Counted from the stretch's first letter, positions 1 through 9,858 are shown. The stretch: 64,000 nucleotides of DNA from an uncultured bacterium (GCA_903838985.1 CAIMAO010000002.1:1844-65843), one strand, 5' to 3'. Translations and numbers: made by a program. The notes: generated by a model not told the origin, from the letters alone.

Positions 1-1
1 A

Positions 2-217
2 ACTGTATCTAAAAAGGCAGTTGCGAGAAACTTATTACGCAGACGAGGAGATGCTGTTTTGAAGAAATATTTTAAGGACTTCCCTGTTAATTTGTTGGGA
101 GTGTTTGTTTTTGGTAAAAAAAGTATGGAAGTTTTTGGTGGTAGAAAAAATAAAAGCTATTCTCCAATAAATAATTTAGAAAATGAAATTAAAAATATTC
201 TCAACAAAATTAATTAA
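2..217 (+). CDS. rnpA: Ribonuclease P protein component (C-terminal part; gene starts upstream of window)
   Basis: Frame-2 translation ...[39 protein letters not shown]... resembles the RnpA basic helix region. Position immediately upstream of yidD-yidC-jag matches the conserved rpmH-rnpA-yidD-yidC-jag synteny. Confidence 0.65.
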   Translation, partial: TVSKKAVARNLLRRRGDAVLKKYFKDFPVNLLGVFVFGKKSMEVFGGRKNKSYSPINNLENEIKNILNKIN

Positions 218-428
218 TTTTTATCAGAAATTTTTATCGCCTATTAAAAAAACCTTTATTTATATAGGTTTTTTAGGAAATAATTCTTGTGTATTTTATC
301 CTACCTGTTCAGAATATACAAAAGAAGCTGTGGAAAAACATGGTTTTTTAAAAGGTTTTTATTTAGGATTTTTACGAATTCTTCGTTGCCACCCATGGCA
401 AAAAAACCACATAGATCCAGTGAAATAA
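183..428 (+). CDS. yidD: Membrane protein insertion efficiency factor YidD
   Basis: 81 aa with the YidD hallmark ...FYPTCSEY... Sits between rnpA and yidC. The 5' end overlaps the rnpA end, so the true start may be internal. Confidence 0.8.
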   Translation: MKLKIFSTKLINFYQKFLSPIKKTFIYIGFLGNNSCVFYPTCSEYTKEAVEKHGFLKGFYLGFLRILRCHPWQKNHIDPVK

Positions 429-438
429 AAAAGAGAAT

Positions 439-523
439 AACTTTTTTGCCGGTACGGATTTTTTGAAGCTTAAAAAATCCTGAAATTCTCGCGCCGTCGC
501 GCTCGAAACCCCTTAAAAAGTTA
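439..523. repeat. ~85 bp intergenic repeat element, copy 1 (second copy at 1861..1944), nested in a locus-specific inverted repeat
   Basis: Near-identical to 1861..1944 apart from a one-T indel. Contains the hairpin ggattttttgaagcttaaaaaatcc and the GC-rich gcgccgtcgcgc segment. Flanked by the inverted pair agagaataacttttt / aaaaagttactctct. Confidence 0.85.
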
Positions 524-579
524 CTCTCTTTTTTATTTAGAAATTTTGATTTTTAAGCTTTTTCGTATAGAATGAAGAG

Positions 580-1317
580 ATGTTAATGTTATCAAGTATT
601 TGGAACACTATTTTATATGCGCCACTTTTAAATGCATTAGCATTTTTAGTTTCTATCATTCCAGGAGGTGATGTAGGTGTCGCTGTTATAATACTTACAC
701 TGTTTGTCAAAGCAGTGTTATTCCCTCTCTCTCAGCGCTCAATAGATAGTCAAATCAAAATGACCTTAATGGCCCCTGAGCTTAAAAAGATAAAAGATAG
801 CGGGGCAAGTAAAGAAGAACAAGCAAAACAAACATTTGAACTTTATAAACACCACAAAACCAACCCTTTTTCTGGTTGTCTTTTGGTTTTAATACAAATA
901 CCTATTATTTTTGCCCTTTATTACGTGTTTTATAAAGGCATAAACCTTGACGGTAGTCTTTTATACTCGTTTATACATGCTCCAGTACATATAAATATGA
1001 CATTTTTGGGTATTTTGGATATGAGTCAAAAAAGCCTTATTTTAGCAGTTTTGGCTGGTATTTCTCAGTATTTTCAAGCAAGTCTTATGCCTAAACCAGC
1101 AGTTTCAGGGGGCACAGGTGAGTCTTTTCAAGAGAATCTTACTAAAAGTATGCAAACCCAGATGAAGTATGTCTTTCCATTTATTATAGCCTTTATTGCA
1201 TATAGAGTTTCTGGTGCAGTTGCATTATATTGGATTACGAGTAATATATTTGCCATAGGGCAACAAATATACGCAAACAAGAAAAAACAGCTTGCCTTAG
1301 AAGCTATAAAGAAATAA
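580..1317 (+). CDS. yidC: Membrane protein insertase YidC/Oxa1 (short form)
   Basis: 245 aa, multiple TM helices. Position after yidD. Short YidC with a C-terminal basic tail, typical of Gram-positive and CPR organisms. Confidence 0.85.
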   Translation: MLMLSSIWNTILYAPLLNALAFLVSIIPGGDVGVAVIILTLFVKAVLFPLSQRSIDSQIKMTLMAPELKKIKDSGASKEEQAKQTFELYKHHKTNPFSGCLLVLIQIPIIFALYYVFYKGINLDGSLLYSFIHAPVHINMTFLGILDMSQKSLILAVLAGISQYFQASLMPKPAVSGGTGESFQENLTKSMQTQMKYVFPFIIAFIAYRVSGAVALYWITSNIFAIGQQIYANKKKQLALEAIKK

Positions 1318-1329
1318 ACCTTATATTTT

Positions 1330-1848
1330 ATGGATAAAACAGAAATACAGAATTTAATAAAGGAATTAATTGAAAAAACCACAATTTCTGTGGGTAAGGT
1401 TTCTGTCGATGAAGATAAGCCAGCCACACTTAAATCAAATGGAGATAAAACCACTTGGTTTTCAGTAGAAGTAAGTCAACCTCATTATTTTTGGGAACGT
1501 GGAGGTGAAGCTCTTTTTGCCTTAAATCACCTTGTTCGTAGGATTATAGAAAACAAACTTCACCCGATTTCTTCTGCCTTAGAAACAGAAGGAAAAAAGG
1601 AAGGTTTAGGAATCTTAATTGATATTAATGGTTTTCAAAAGAAACGTATAGAAAATATACACGCAATAGCTCACATGATGGCTGAAAGATCTAGATATTT
1701 TAAATCAAATATAGAAGTTGATCCAATGCCAGCTTTTGAACGCAGAATTGTTCATGAATTTTTATCTGATGCCACTGACCTTAAAACTGAATCACAAGGC
1801 GAAGGTCTTTCTCGTAGGGTTGTTATTAAGTATATAGGAAGTATTTAA
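1330..1848 (+). CDS. jag: Jag/KhpB-like RNA-binding protein (Jag_N, KH, R3H)
   Basis: 172 aa. C-terminal R3H-like ...RRIVHEFL...SESQGEG... motif. Conserved position after yidC. Confidence 0.75.
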   Translation: MDKTEIQNLIKELIEKTTISVGKVSVDEDKPATLKSNGDKTTWFSVEVSQPHYFWERGGEALFALNHLVRRIIENKLHPISSALETEGKKEGLGILIDINGFQKKRIENIHAIAHMMAERSRYFKSNIEVDPMPAFERRIVHEFLSDATDLKTESQGEGLSRRVVIKYIGSI

Positions 1849-1860
1849 AGCTAAAGAAAC

Positions 1861-1944
1861 AACTTTTTGCCGGTACGGATTTTTTGAAGCTTAAAAAATC
1901 CTGAAATTCTCGCGCCGTCGCGCTCGAAACCCCTTAAAAAGTTA
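1861..1944. repeat. ~85 bp intergenic repeat element, copy 2, nested in a locus-specific inverted repeat
   Basis: Same core as 439..523. Flanked by agctaaagaaacaactttt / aaaagttatttctttagct. Confidence 0.85.
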
Positions 1945-1957
1945 TTTCTTTAGCTTT

Positions 1958-3346
1958 CTATTTTAGTGAAAGTTCCCAAAGATAAGAATCTTTTTTGTTT
2001 AAGAAAAATAAGTAGTTTTGATTATCATCTAGACCAAGTTTTATAGCATCCACGTCTTCCCCTCCGTCTGTCGACGGGTCTGAAACAATTGTTGCGTTTC
2101 CGCTTTTTGCATCTATTTTCCAAATTACATCTGAAAAAGAAACTTCTCCTTGATACCAAGAATCAGGATAATTTCCGTTGTCTATATATTTTGGTACAGC
2201 ACAATATAACACATCGCTTGTGGTAGCCCAGACACATTTTTCTGGCAATGTTTTTACACCAGCAGAATAAGTATTTCTGGTATCTAGGCTTAAAATATTT
2301 AAAGATAAATTTTTGTCTCCATAAAGAACCATTTTCCCATCAGGGCTTGTGAGTGTAGTTAATCCCGCTATTCCTCCTAATATTTTACTAAAATCTTTTT
2401 TATTTGGATTGGTAGAATATGCGAAACCGAGAGCATAAGCAGAAGGTTTGGTGGTGAGTGTCACAACCTTATCATTAGGCCAAAGAGAAAGCCATTCTGT
2501 AAATGGTGAACTGAATATTTGAACTTTTGTGCTTGTTTGTAATGATGCTGTGACGCCTGCGACAGTGTCTCCTGTGTTAAACAAATAAAATACTTTTGAA
2601 GTGTCTGGAGAAATGCTTATATCTGTTATGTTTTCTGGCAAAAACGAACCCTTCACTTCACTTGTGCCTATTGAGTCTGCTCCCAAATATTCTTTTGGAA
2701 GAGCACCTAAAAATGTTTCTATTGTTTTATTATCTGCTTTTAAATATCGCATTATTACAGACCCTCCTTTATTACCAAAAAACGCTTCATATACTTTTGG
2801 TATTACAGTCGAAGAGAATTTTCTTTCATCTAATTTGTCTGCAAACGTTTGATAAATATTTCCTGTTGCTCTATTTACATATCTTATAGCGGGAACAAAT
2901 TCTGTTGGTGGTAAAACTGGTGCTGGTAATTTTTGTTTTTTATCTTTTGTTGTTGGTGTTTTTGTAATTGGAGTGGTTGTTGCGTCTGTTGTTGTAGGGG
3001 TGACTGGCGTAGTGTTTGGTGTGATGACTGGAACATCTTTAAATCTCTCTTTCATAAATATTCCAAAACCAGCGACTGGGAAACTAGAAACTTTTTTTAA
3101 TTTAGCAACAGATACCTCACTTTCTGTTGGTGGAATATAACCAGAAACATCTGTTGGTGTATTTGTGTCTGTTGGTGCTACTGTTTTATTTTTTCCAAAT
3201 GGTAAAAAGTTTGCAACGAAATTTATACTATCTCCTACCACACCTGTATTTGTGCTCGTTGGTTGATAAAGAGCAAAAACAGTAAAAATACCGATTATTA
3301 TTACTCCAAGGATTACTATTAATAAAATTACATTTCTTTTTGACAT
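1958..3346 (-). CDS. Hypothetical exported protein with N-terminal TM anchor and Thr/Pro-rich linker
   Basis: 462 aa ORF with an N-terminal hydrophobic helix and PTxT-rich low-complexity segments. It is the last gene of the long minus-strand cluster. Confidence 0.5.
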   Translation of the reverse strand: MSKRNVILLIVILGVIIIGIFTVFALYQPTSTNTGVVGDSINFVANFLPFGKNKTVAPTDTNTPTDVSGYIPPTESEVSVAKLKKVSSFPVAGFGIFMKERFKDVPVITPNTTPVTPTTTDATTTPITKTPTTKDKKQKLPAPVLPPTEFVPAIRYVNRATGNIYQTFADKLDERKFSSTVIPKVYEAFFGNKGGSVIMRYLKADNKTIETFLGALPKEYLGADSIGTSEVKGSFLPENITDISISPDTSKVFYLFNTGDTVAGVTASLQTSTKVQIFSSPFTEWLSLWPNDKVVTLTTKPSAYALGFAYSTNPNKKDFSKILGGIAGLTTLTSPDGKMVLYGDKNLSLNILSLDTRNTYSAGVKTLPEKCVWATTSDVLYCAVPKYIDNGNYPDSWYQGEVSFSDVIWKIDAKSGNATIVSDPSTDGGEDVDAIKLGLDDNQNYLFFLNKKDSYLWELSLK

Positions 3347-3350
3347 AAAA

Positions 3351-4700
3351 TTAAGAAGGCCATGTGACGAACGTTATTCTCTTTTTAAGATTTGGAGATA
3401 ATTCTCTAATTTTTGTAGAATAAGCAGAGTCTGTTCTCCCTTTCCCACCCTGGGTATCTATCATTAAATTGTTACCTAAATAAATCATTACATGTCCATT
3501 TTTGTCTCCATTGTCGCCAGGCTTCCATCCTATTAAGTCACCAGGATTTAGTTTTGTAAAATCAGCGGTTGATCCTGGAAAAGATTTAGCGTTTGCATTT
3601 GAAAAGATGTCAGTACTGCGATTGCCTGGTTTGGGTAATCCAGCACACACATATACTTGAGCGGCGAAAGAAGAACAATCGACATATATTTTCGAAGAGG
3701 TTGTGGTATTTCTCTTGTCTTGGCTATAGAGAGTTTTACCTACAAATGCTTTAGCTATTCCTGGAACAGCAGCTTTGCCACTGTTTCCGTTTCCATCATT
3801 TCCACTACAAGGAATATTGAAAGGACTCTTTTCGAGAGAGTTTTTACTTATTGGTACAAATGGCTCACTTGATTCACTACCCAAATCATCTATCACTATT
3901 GTTGCATCTGGTAGTTTCAGACAAACATTAAGTAAGTCTGGATTTACTGTGTTTAGTATTAAAAAGGCACCTAGCGCAATGACAAGCCCTAGTATCGCGT
4001 TTGTTATTGTCCCCTTTCCAGCTTCCTTAGAAGCCACTAGCTCGCTTGTGAGGTATTCTATTCCACCCACAGTGATCATTATCATGGCTAATACGGCTGC
4101 TATACCGAGCACTAGTTTTATTATTATTCTTAAATATACACCAAAAGCACAATTCTGAGCAGTATCAAAAGAACTTCCATCAGGATTACCATCCTTACCT
4201 AATCCTAAATCAGGCAATGGGGCAAGAGATTTGTACATTGTGTCGGTGTTTACTTTTTCTGGAGTTGGAGCTGGAGTTGGAGCTGTTTTTGTTTTTGGTA
4301 TGTTTAAATTTAAAGAATCAGCTACACCAACAGTCCCTTCTAAGTCCCAAGCAGATGCATCTATCTTTATAGAAGATGCAGAGGTTGTAAGAGTAACCGA
4401 ACATTCTTTTAAAACAAAATCACTATTTCCAGTTATTTTTGGTATTTGGCATTGGTTACCAGGAGTAAATTTTGTTAATGTTGTTTGTGACGCAGTAAAC
4501 ATGACAAATTCTCCTCCTGTTTTTGTGAAAAGAGTGGCTGTTATTTTTATTGGATCTCCAACTATTTTATTTGCTAAATCTGCCTTTATTACTAAGGGTT
4601 TTTCTTTGGTTTGAGCAACACTAAAAGAAACAAAAAAACTAAACACGAATATTGTTATAAAGGATAGAGTTATTATTTTTTTAAATATATTTGATTTCAT
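3351..4700 (-). CDS. Secreted cell-wall hydrolase with C-terminal NlpC/P60 domain and a central two-helix hydrophobic hairpin resembling TrbC/VirB2-type pilins
   Basis: Signal peptide. The hairpin is CAFGVYLRIIIKLVLGIAAVLAMIMITVGG...AILGLVIALGAFLILNTV. Papain-like Cys..His pair in DCSSFAAQVY ... GHVMIYLG, typical of NlpC/P60. Tightly coupled to the VirB4 operon. Confidence 0.6.
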   Translation of the reverse strand: MKSNIFKKIITLSFITIFVFSFFVSFSVAQTKEKPLVIKADLANKIVGDPIKITATLFTKTGGEFVMFTASQTTLTKFTPGNQCQIPKITGNSDFVLKECSVTLTTSASSIKIDASAWDLEGTVGVADSLNLNIPKTKTAPTPAPTPEKVNTDTMYKSLAPLPDLGLGKDGNPDGSSFDTAQNCAFGVYLRIIIKLVLGIAAVLAMIMITVGGIEYLTSELVASKEAGKGTITNAILGLVIALGAFLILNTVNPDLLNVCLKLPDATIVIDDLGSESSEPFVPISKNSLEKSPFNIPCSGNDGNGNSGKAAVPGIAKAFVGKTLYSQDKRNTTTSSKIYVDCSSFAAQVYVCAGLPKPGNRSTDIFSNANAKSFPGSTADFTKLNPGDLIGWKPGDNGDKNGHVMIYLGNNLMIDTQGGKGRTDSAYSTKIRELSPNLKKRITFVTWPS

Positions 4701-4705
4701 TTAAG

Positions 4706-5707
4706 TTAAAAACTAACGGTAATTTGTTTTGCCATTTCTTGGAAAAGGGTATTTATGTTATTAATATCTAAGCTTATTGTTGCATCTCCAGACTGTCCAG
4801 CTTCTGGTTTGACAGATAAAATGTTTTTAGGATTTGGGGCATCTATTTTGTTTCCATTTAAAGACCAACCAAAATCAAGATCCCCAGAATTTATGTTTTT
4901 AGGTGAGAAAAAATATGGTTCTGCGACAATAGTTTTTCCATTTGAATCTATTGAAAAGCCATCAGATAATGATGTTTCCCATTTTGTGCCTAGTGTTGGG
5001 TCGTTTTCATAAAATAATATTTTTGGGTCTATTGGTTGTAAGTTTATTTTACCAGAAGCATTAGTTCCACCAGAAATATCAGAGACCGCTACTTCAACAA
5101 CATTGTTTTTATCTAAATAACTGTTTTGAAATATAAAATAATTTTTACCCCAACCAGAAGAATCTATCTGATTATCATCATCTTTTTTCCAATCGTAAGA
5201 TAAATTAGTCACATCCACCTTACCATTCTGATTTATTATGTTTGGCATTGCTACCACTTTGTATTGTCCTTGGCTTGGAGCTAAAATCCTTCCTTTATAA
5301 AAAGGTGGGGCGTAGGTGTCATAGGCTTCCCAGAGCATATCCACATCAGCGGGTGTTATTGTGATATTTTTTGAGACTGTTTGTCCTTCTAATGTTTCTA
5401 TTGATACAGATAAAACAGTAGGAGTTCCCAAGCTACCCATTCTAAAAGAAAAAGATTTTTTACCTATTCCTTTACTTGTTTCTTGATTGTTTATCAACCA
5501 AGAGATGTTTGCCTTGTCTAAATCTGTAGAATGGCTACTTATTGTGGCACTTACATCTTGATTTGGATTGGGGTTTAGGGGTGAGATAGAAAGCACTATG
5601 TCTGTGCTACGTATTTGTGCAAAAGCAAAAGAACCCAAAAGGGCGACGGCAAGCATTAAAACTAAAATTAAATATTTCTTTCGCATACTATGTATATATT
5701 CTATCAC
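4706..5707 (-). CDS. Hypothetical secreted protein
   Basis: 333 aa with N-terminal signal peptide/TM. Overlaps the upstream VirB4 gene by 4 nt, suggesting translational coupling. Confidence 0.5.
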   Translation of the reverse strand: MIEYIHSMRKKYLILVLMLAVALLGSFAFAQIRSTDIVLSISPLNPNPNQDVSATISSHSTDLDKANISWLINNQETSKGIGKKSFSFRMGSLGTPTVLSVSIETLEGQTVSKNITITPADVDMLWEAYDTYAPPFYKGRILAPSQGQYKVVAMPNIINQNGKVDVTNLSYDWKKDDDNQIDSSGWGKNYFIFQNSYLDKNNVVEVAVSDISGGTNASGKINLQPIDPKILFYENDPTLGTKWETSLSDGFSIDSNGKTIVAEPYFFSPKNINSGDLDFGWSLNGNKIDAPNPKNILSVKPEAGQSGDATISLDINNINTLFQEMAKQITVSF

Positions 5708-7542
5708 TTTTCTTCTGCTTTTTCTAAGTCTTGTTTTGCTTTTTTGATAGACAATATTTGAGATGGGTCAGAAGTAATTATCTGGTCTTCTGTGTAAGAA
5801 GAAATGATTTTTATAGCCACGTGTTTTAATCCTGCGAAGAATATACCCTCCCCCACACCAGATTCCAAAAGTAAATACTTTTCTTCATCTGTAAGGTTGA
5901 ATGTTTTTTGTAATACATCAATGGTTGTCGGAGATTGTTTTAACAGAAGTTGTATAGAAGAGTTGGTGACGATAGGCACACCGTAGGGGGATTTCATAAA
6001 GTCTGCAGCGTCTTGGGTGATGGTTGAAAGTCCTAAATAGTATTTTCTACCTCTTTTGGCTATAGAGTACAAAAATGAGGCTGTGTCTTCGGATTTCATC
6101 ATCCACCAAGCTTCATCCACCACCAAGAGGCGTTTCTTTAGATTTTTTCTTACAGCTGTCCAGATGTAATGCATTACGATATACATAGCGACTGGTTTAA
6201 GTTCATCTTCCATGTCACGAACAGAAAAGACAACGAATTTTTTATTTATGTCTACATTTGATGGTCTATTTAAGAATGTAGACCAAGATCCTTTGGTGTA
6301 TTTAACCAATCTTTGTATGACTGAGTCACTCCCCTCCATACCACTCAAAACCATTTCAAAATCTGAAAGTAATGGTGGTTCAATGTTTGAAAAATCAGAG
6401 TCTGGTGTTATGTCTTTCATTGCATAAGTTTCTGAAATAGCACGATCAACCATTGAATCTTCTTCTGGTGTAAGTCCACCCAACATCAATCTAAATAAAC
6501 CAACTAAGTTTATTATATTTGACCTCAACACATCTTCTGTAGATTCATCTTCTCGTGGTATTGGTAAATCAAAAGGATTTATGTGGTGATCTGAAGAAAG
6601 AGAAATGTTGAAATATCTTCCACCCACAGCTTCTGCTAAATATTCATATTCCCTTTCAGGGTCTATGACAATGACGTCTACATCAAACATTAGGGATCTC
6701 AAAATTTCTAACTTTGTTGCATAACTTTTACCAGAACCAGATTTAGCGAATGTCACGGAATTGTAGTTTTCTAAAGAAAATCTGTCAAAAATAACTAGAG
6801 AAGAGTTATGTCTATTTACACCATAAAGTATTCCCATGTCTGAAGTTAAGTCAAAAGAGACGAATGGAAAGACGCTAGAAAGTGGTTCTGAATTTAATTT
6901 TTGGTGTATGTTTAATAAGTCAGTGCCAAGAGGCATAACACTTTTAAAACCTTCTTCTTGTTGGAAAAGTGCTGGTTTTATATAGATCAATCTGGATTCT
7001 AGTATTGATTTTATTTCATTCTCTATTTTGTAAAGTTCGAGTTCGTTGTCTGCATAAACAGTGATGTATATACTCACATCAAACATTTTTTCTTGTGCTT
7101 GTATTAAACTATCACGAAGACCTTCCAAATCTTGATATGCTGTGTCTAGCATTGGATCTCGCACCATCCCCCTTTTTTCACGCACACTTATTTGACTTTG
7201 AACTTCAGCAACTTTTTTCTGGAATTGTCTCAAAGCTAAAGATGTATCTATTGGATGAATAAATATCGAGACATCAAAAACTTTATCCAAATTTATTATT
7301 GGAGAAAACCAATTATCACTCAAAAATCTAGGATAAGAAATTATGAAAAAAGTACGGGCTATTTTATCACCTAGATTTATTGATTTTGATTCTATTTTTA
7401 AAGCAGAGGGAGCTATTATGTCTTGAAGTTCAAGTTTAGCAGACTCATATATTTCTTCTGGCAACACCGCTAAAACAGAAGCATTGGTTGCTTTGTTTTT
7501 TTCTAGTTTATTTTTTCCAAATAATTTATCTAATATTCCCAT
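5704..7542 (-). CDS. virB4: Type IV secretion / conjugative transfer ATPase, VirB4/TrbE/TraC family
   Basis: 612 aa. Walker A FAKSGSGKSY, Walker B LLVVDEAWWMM, and further VirB4 family motifs. Confidence 0.85.
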   Translation of the reverse strand: MGILDKLFGKNKLEKNKATNASVLAVLPEEIYESAKLELQDIIAPSALKIESKSINLGDKIARTFFIISYPRFLSDNWFSPIINLDKVFDVSIFIHPIDTSLALRQFQKKVAEVQSQISVREKRGMVRDPMLDTAYQDLEGLRDSLIQAQEKMFDVSIYITVYADNELELYKIENEIKSILESRLIYIKPALFQQEEGFKSVMPLGTDLLNIHQKLNSEPLSSVFPFVSFDLTSDMGILYGVNRHNSSLVIFDRFSLENYNSVTFAKSGSGKSYATKLEILRSLMFDVDVIVIDPEREYEYLAEAVGGRYFNISLSSDHHINPFDLPIPREDESTEDVLRSNIINLVGLFRLMLGGLTPEEDSMVDRAISETYAMKDITPDSDFSNIEPPLLSDFEMVLSGMEGSDSVIQRLVKYTKGSWSTFLNRPSNVDINKKFVVFSVRDMEDELKPVAMYIVMHYIWTAVRKNLKKRLLVVDEAWWMMKSEDTASFLYSIAKRGRKYYLGLSTITQDAADFMKSPYGVPIVTNSSIQLLLKQSPTTIDVLQKTFNLTDEEKYLLLESGVGEGIFFAGLKHVAIKIISSYTEDQIITSDPSQILSIKKAKQDLEKAEEK

Positions 7543-7570
7543 AATTTTGCTTTATAAACTTTATAACTTT

Positions 7571-8212
7571 TTACTTTTCCAACTCTATCTTACCCTCCAA
7601 TTCTCCTGGATTGAAAACTTTATAAAATACTTCCACAACTTCTTCTGTTCCAAGCTGAACTGATTTTATTCCACAACGTGAAAGTCCTTGTTGTATGACT
7701 CCTACCCTCTGGTCTAATTGTGATCTTTTTTCCTCGAAATCTAACTGATTTTTTAATTCTTCTTCCTTTTTGTTTCTTTTTGAAAATAAACCGTCAAATA
7801 TACCTGCTTTTGGTTTTAAGTTCACGTGTGTGTAAGGCACAACAACAAAAAAGTTTTTTGTCATTATACTGACAGATTCGGTGAAATTTTTTATAAATTC
7901 TATATATTCTTTTGTTTGTAATTTAAGTAATGGTTCACTTTGCACCTTCATTCTGTTTTCTAATAATAAAAGATAATGTCTTATGTCGAGTCTTCTAGAT
8001 TGAACGGAAATTTGTACAGAAAAATCAAGGGTATTTAAGAAATTTTGGAATTGTAGTATTGTGGCTCTTTGTTCATCTTCTGATTTTAGAGATAGGTTGA
8101 CTGAATTGGCAAGAACAATAGCTCGAAGGTCTCCACCTTTCAAGACGACAATACCATCACGGACTTCCTTGATTGGTACAAACTCTTGAGTTGCTTTTGC
8201 GTTTAATGCCAT
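7571..8212 (-). CDS. T4SS-associated soluble protein, possibly a split N-terminal domain of VirB4
   Basis: 213 aa with no TM helix. Begins ...VPIKEVRDGIVVLKGGDLRAIVLANSVNLSLKSEDEQ..., which resembles the N-terminal region of Gram-positive VirB4/TraE proteins. Lies directly upstream of the ATPase gene. Confidence 0.45.
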   Translation of the reverse strand: MALNAKATQEFVPIKEVRDGIVVLKGGDLRAIVLANSVNLSLKSEDEQRATILQFQNFLNTLDFSVQISVQSRRLDIRHYLLLLENRMKVQSEPLLKLQTKEYIEFIKNFTESVSIMTKNFFVVVPYTHVNLKPKAGIFDGLFSKRNKKEEELKNQLDFEEKRSQLDQRVGVIQQGLSRCGIKSVQLGTEEVVEVFYKVFNPGELEGKIELEK

Positions 8213-8216
8213 AATT

Positions 8217-8651
8217 TTAATTATTTTCTTCTTTTTTCATATCAAGCACATCCAGACTCCAAGCCAAATCTCGAAGTTTGCTTCCACTAAGCCTTGAACC
8301 ATTTTGCAAGGTTTCCTGTTTTAACACTGCTGCTGCTTTCATTTCTTCTTGTTCTTGTTTGTTTACTTTATTTAGATGTCTTTTCCAAATATAGAGTCTG
8401 TCGTGTGATGCGAATTTTATTCCAGCCTCAATCATATTTATAAAAGGTTTTCCGTTTGGGTGATAAAAAGTAAGTGCTCCAGAAAGACCAGCAATTAATA
8501 AAATAGGAATAGCCCCTATCCATATTCCTAATAATTTAAACAATGTATAGCATAGTCCTGCCCCGCCAGCCAAATAAGCAAACTCCTTAAAAGTAAAAGG
8601 GCCGAAAATTTTATCCTCTATTTCCAAAAATTGTGGTACTTTGAATTGCAT
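8217..8651 (-). CDS. PrgI/VirB3-like small membrane protein
   Basis: 144 aa. The N-terminal ...FLEIEDKIFGPFTFKEFAYLAGGAGL... is followed by two TM helices, matching PrgI-family (VirB3 analog) architecture. Lies immediately upstream of the VirB4-like genes. Confidence 0.55.
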   Translation of the reverse strand: MQFKVPQFLEIEDKIFGPFTFKEFAYLAGGAGLCYTLFKLLGIWIGAIPILLIAGLSGALTFYHPNGKPFINMIEAGIKFASHDRLYIWKRHLNKVNKQEQEEMKAAAVLKQETLQNGSRLSGSKLRDLAWSLDVLDMKKEENN

Positions 8652-8742
8652 AAATTAGTTTCTAGGCGCTCGTGACTAGATTCTAGTTAATTATAATATA
8701 TATTTACTCTAGAAACTAGAAACTAAAACTATTTTGAACTTC

Positions 8743-9384
8743 TTATTCTATAGGCATTCTGTATGGATCTACTTTTGGTAGTTTTGTTTTAGCGTCTTCT
8801 GTACTTTTTGTCATATTTCCAAGTGAATGATCTGTTTCTTTTGTTGTCGCCTGGAAAGAACCACCAAGTTTTTGGGACAAAATAGAAGGTGTTTCTTTAT
8901 TCATTGTTTGTATTGGTGTTGGGTTTTCTATTTTATTTAACAAGTTTTCCCTATTTTCAATAATTTCTCTATCTTTTACAGGAGCTTCTATTTTACTTTC
9001 ATCTTTTGGTTTTCTATTTTCAATAATTTTTACAAGCTCTTCACGAATTCTTTTGAAAACTTTTTCATTCATATCATTTACCAATTCATCAATTTTATTT
9101 TTAGGCATACCCAATCTTTTTTCTAACTCTTTTGGATATTCTTCTGGATTAATAAGCCCACAAAGCAGTAGTTCTGTTTCTGTTTCTAAGTCTTCTAGTT
9201 GCTCGTAGCTATATCCTTTTTCTGTTCGCATTCCCAAGATAGTTGATTTCCAATCAACAGCATCAATAGCCCTCCTACTATCTTCTGGAAGTTCCGCTTT
9301 AGCCTTTTCTATTTTTATTTGTAATAAATCTACGGTTGTATTCATAATATTTTTATATAACAAACTTATTTTTAATGTCTTCAA
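8743..9384 (-). CDS. Hypothetical acidic protein (paralog of 9353..9853)
   Basis: 213 aa ORF. The probable start is the internal Met MNTTVD... near 9345. Shares a motif pattern with the neighbouring ORF: AI..W..I ... ETxLLLxGL ... EYxK. Confidence 0.45.
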   Translation of the reverse strand: MKTLKISLLYKNIMNTTVDLLQIKIEKAKAELPEDSRRAIDAVDWKSTILGMRTEKGYSYEQLEDLETETELLLCGLINPEEYPKELEKRLGMPKNKIDELVNDMNEKVFKRIREELVKIIENRKPKDESKIEAPVKDREIIENRENLLNKIENPTPIQTMNKETPSILSQKLGGSFQATTKETDHSLGNMTKSTEDAKTKLPKVDPYRMPIE

Positions 9385-9853
9385 TTTTAGAATTATTATT
9401 TATAGTATTATCTTCTGTGTTCACAACATCGTCGTTAGAATCGTAACTTCTTTCAAGAAAAGCAGAATAATCGCCACCAGAGAGTATAAAATCAACTGTT
9501 TGTTCATAACCTATTTTTTTGTTTATTAGCTTATCTTCTGCTTGTTTTGATAATTGGTAATATATGGGATTAAAAATTTTCTGAGCAACAATTTTAGCAA
9601 TTTCTTCTGCTTCATTTTTGCCTACACCTACATTGTTTTCAATGTTTAAAACATAGGAATCTCCTTCTGTTAATCCTAATAACATTAGGGCTGTTTCTAG
9701 TTGGAAATCATTTAATTCATTATCAGTAAGTAAGTATTTTTTGCTAATTTCTTCTGTAATTTGTTCCCAACGAGAAGAATTAATTGCATCTTGTGATTCT
9801 TTTGGTAGATTTTTTATTTCCTCATTAAATTTTTGTTTTAATTTTTCAGTCAT
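9353..9853 (-). CDS. Hypothetical acidic protein (paralog of 8743..9384)
   Basis: 166 aa. Shows the same pattern: AINSSRWEQI...LETALMLLGLTEGDSY...KIFNPI. Confidence 0.45.
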   Translation of the reverse strand: MTEKLKQKFNEEIKNLPKESQDAINSSRWEQITEEISKKYLLTDNELNDFQLETALMLLGLTEGDSYVLNIENNVGVGKNEAEEIAKIVAQKIFNPIYYQLSKQAEDKLINKKIGYEQTVDFILSGGDYSAFLERSYDSNDDVVNTEDNTINNNSKIEDIKNKFVI

Positions 9854-9858
9854 ATTTT

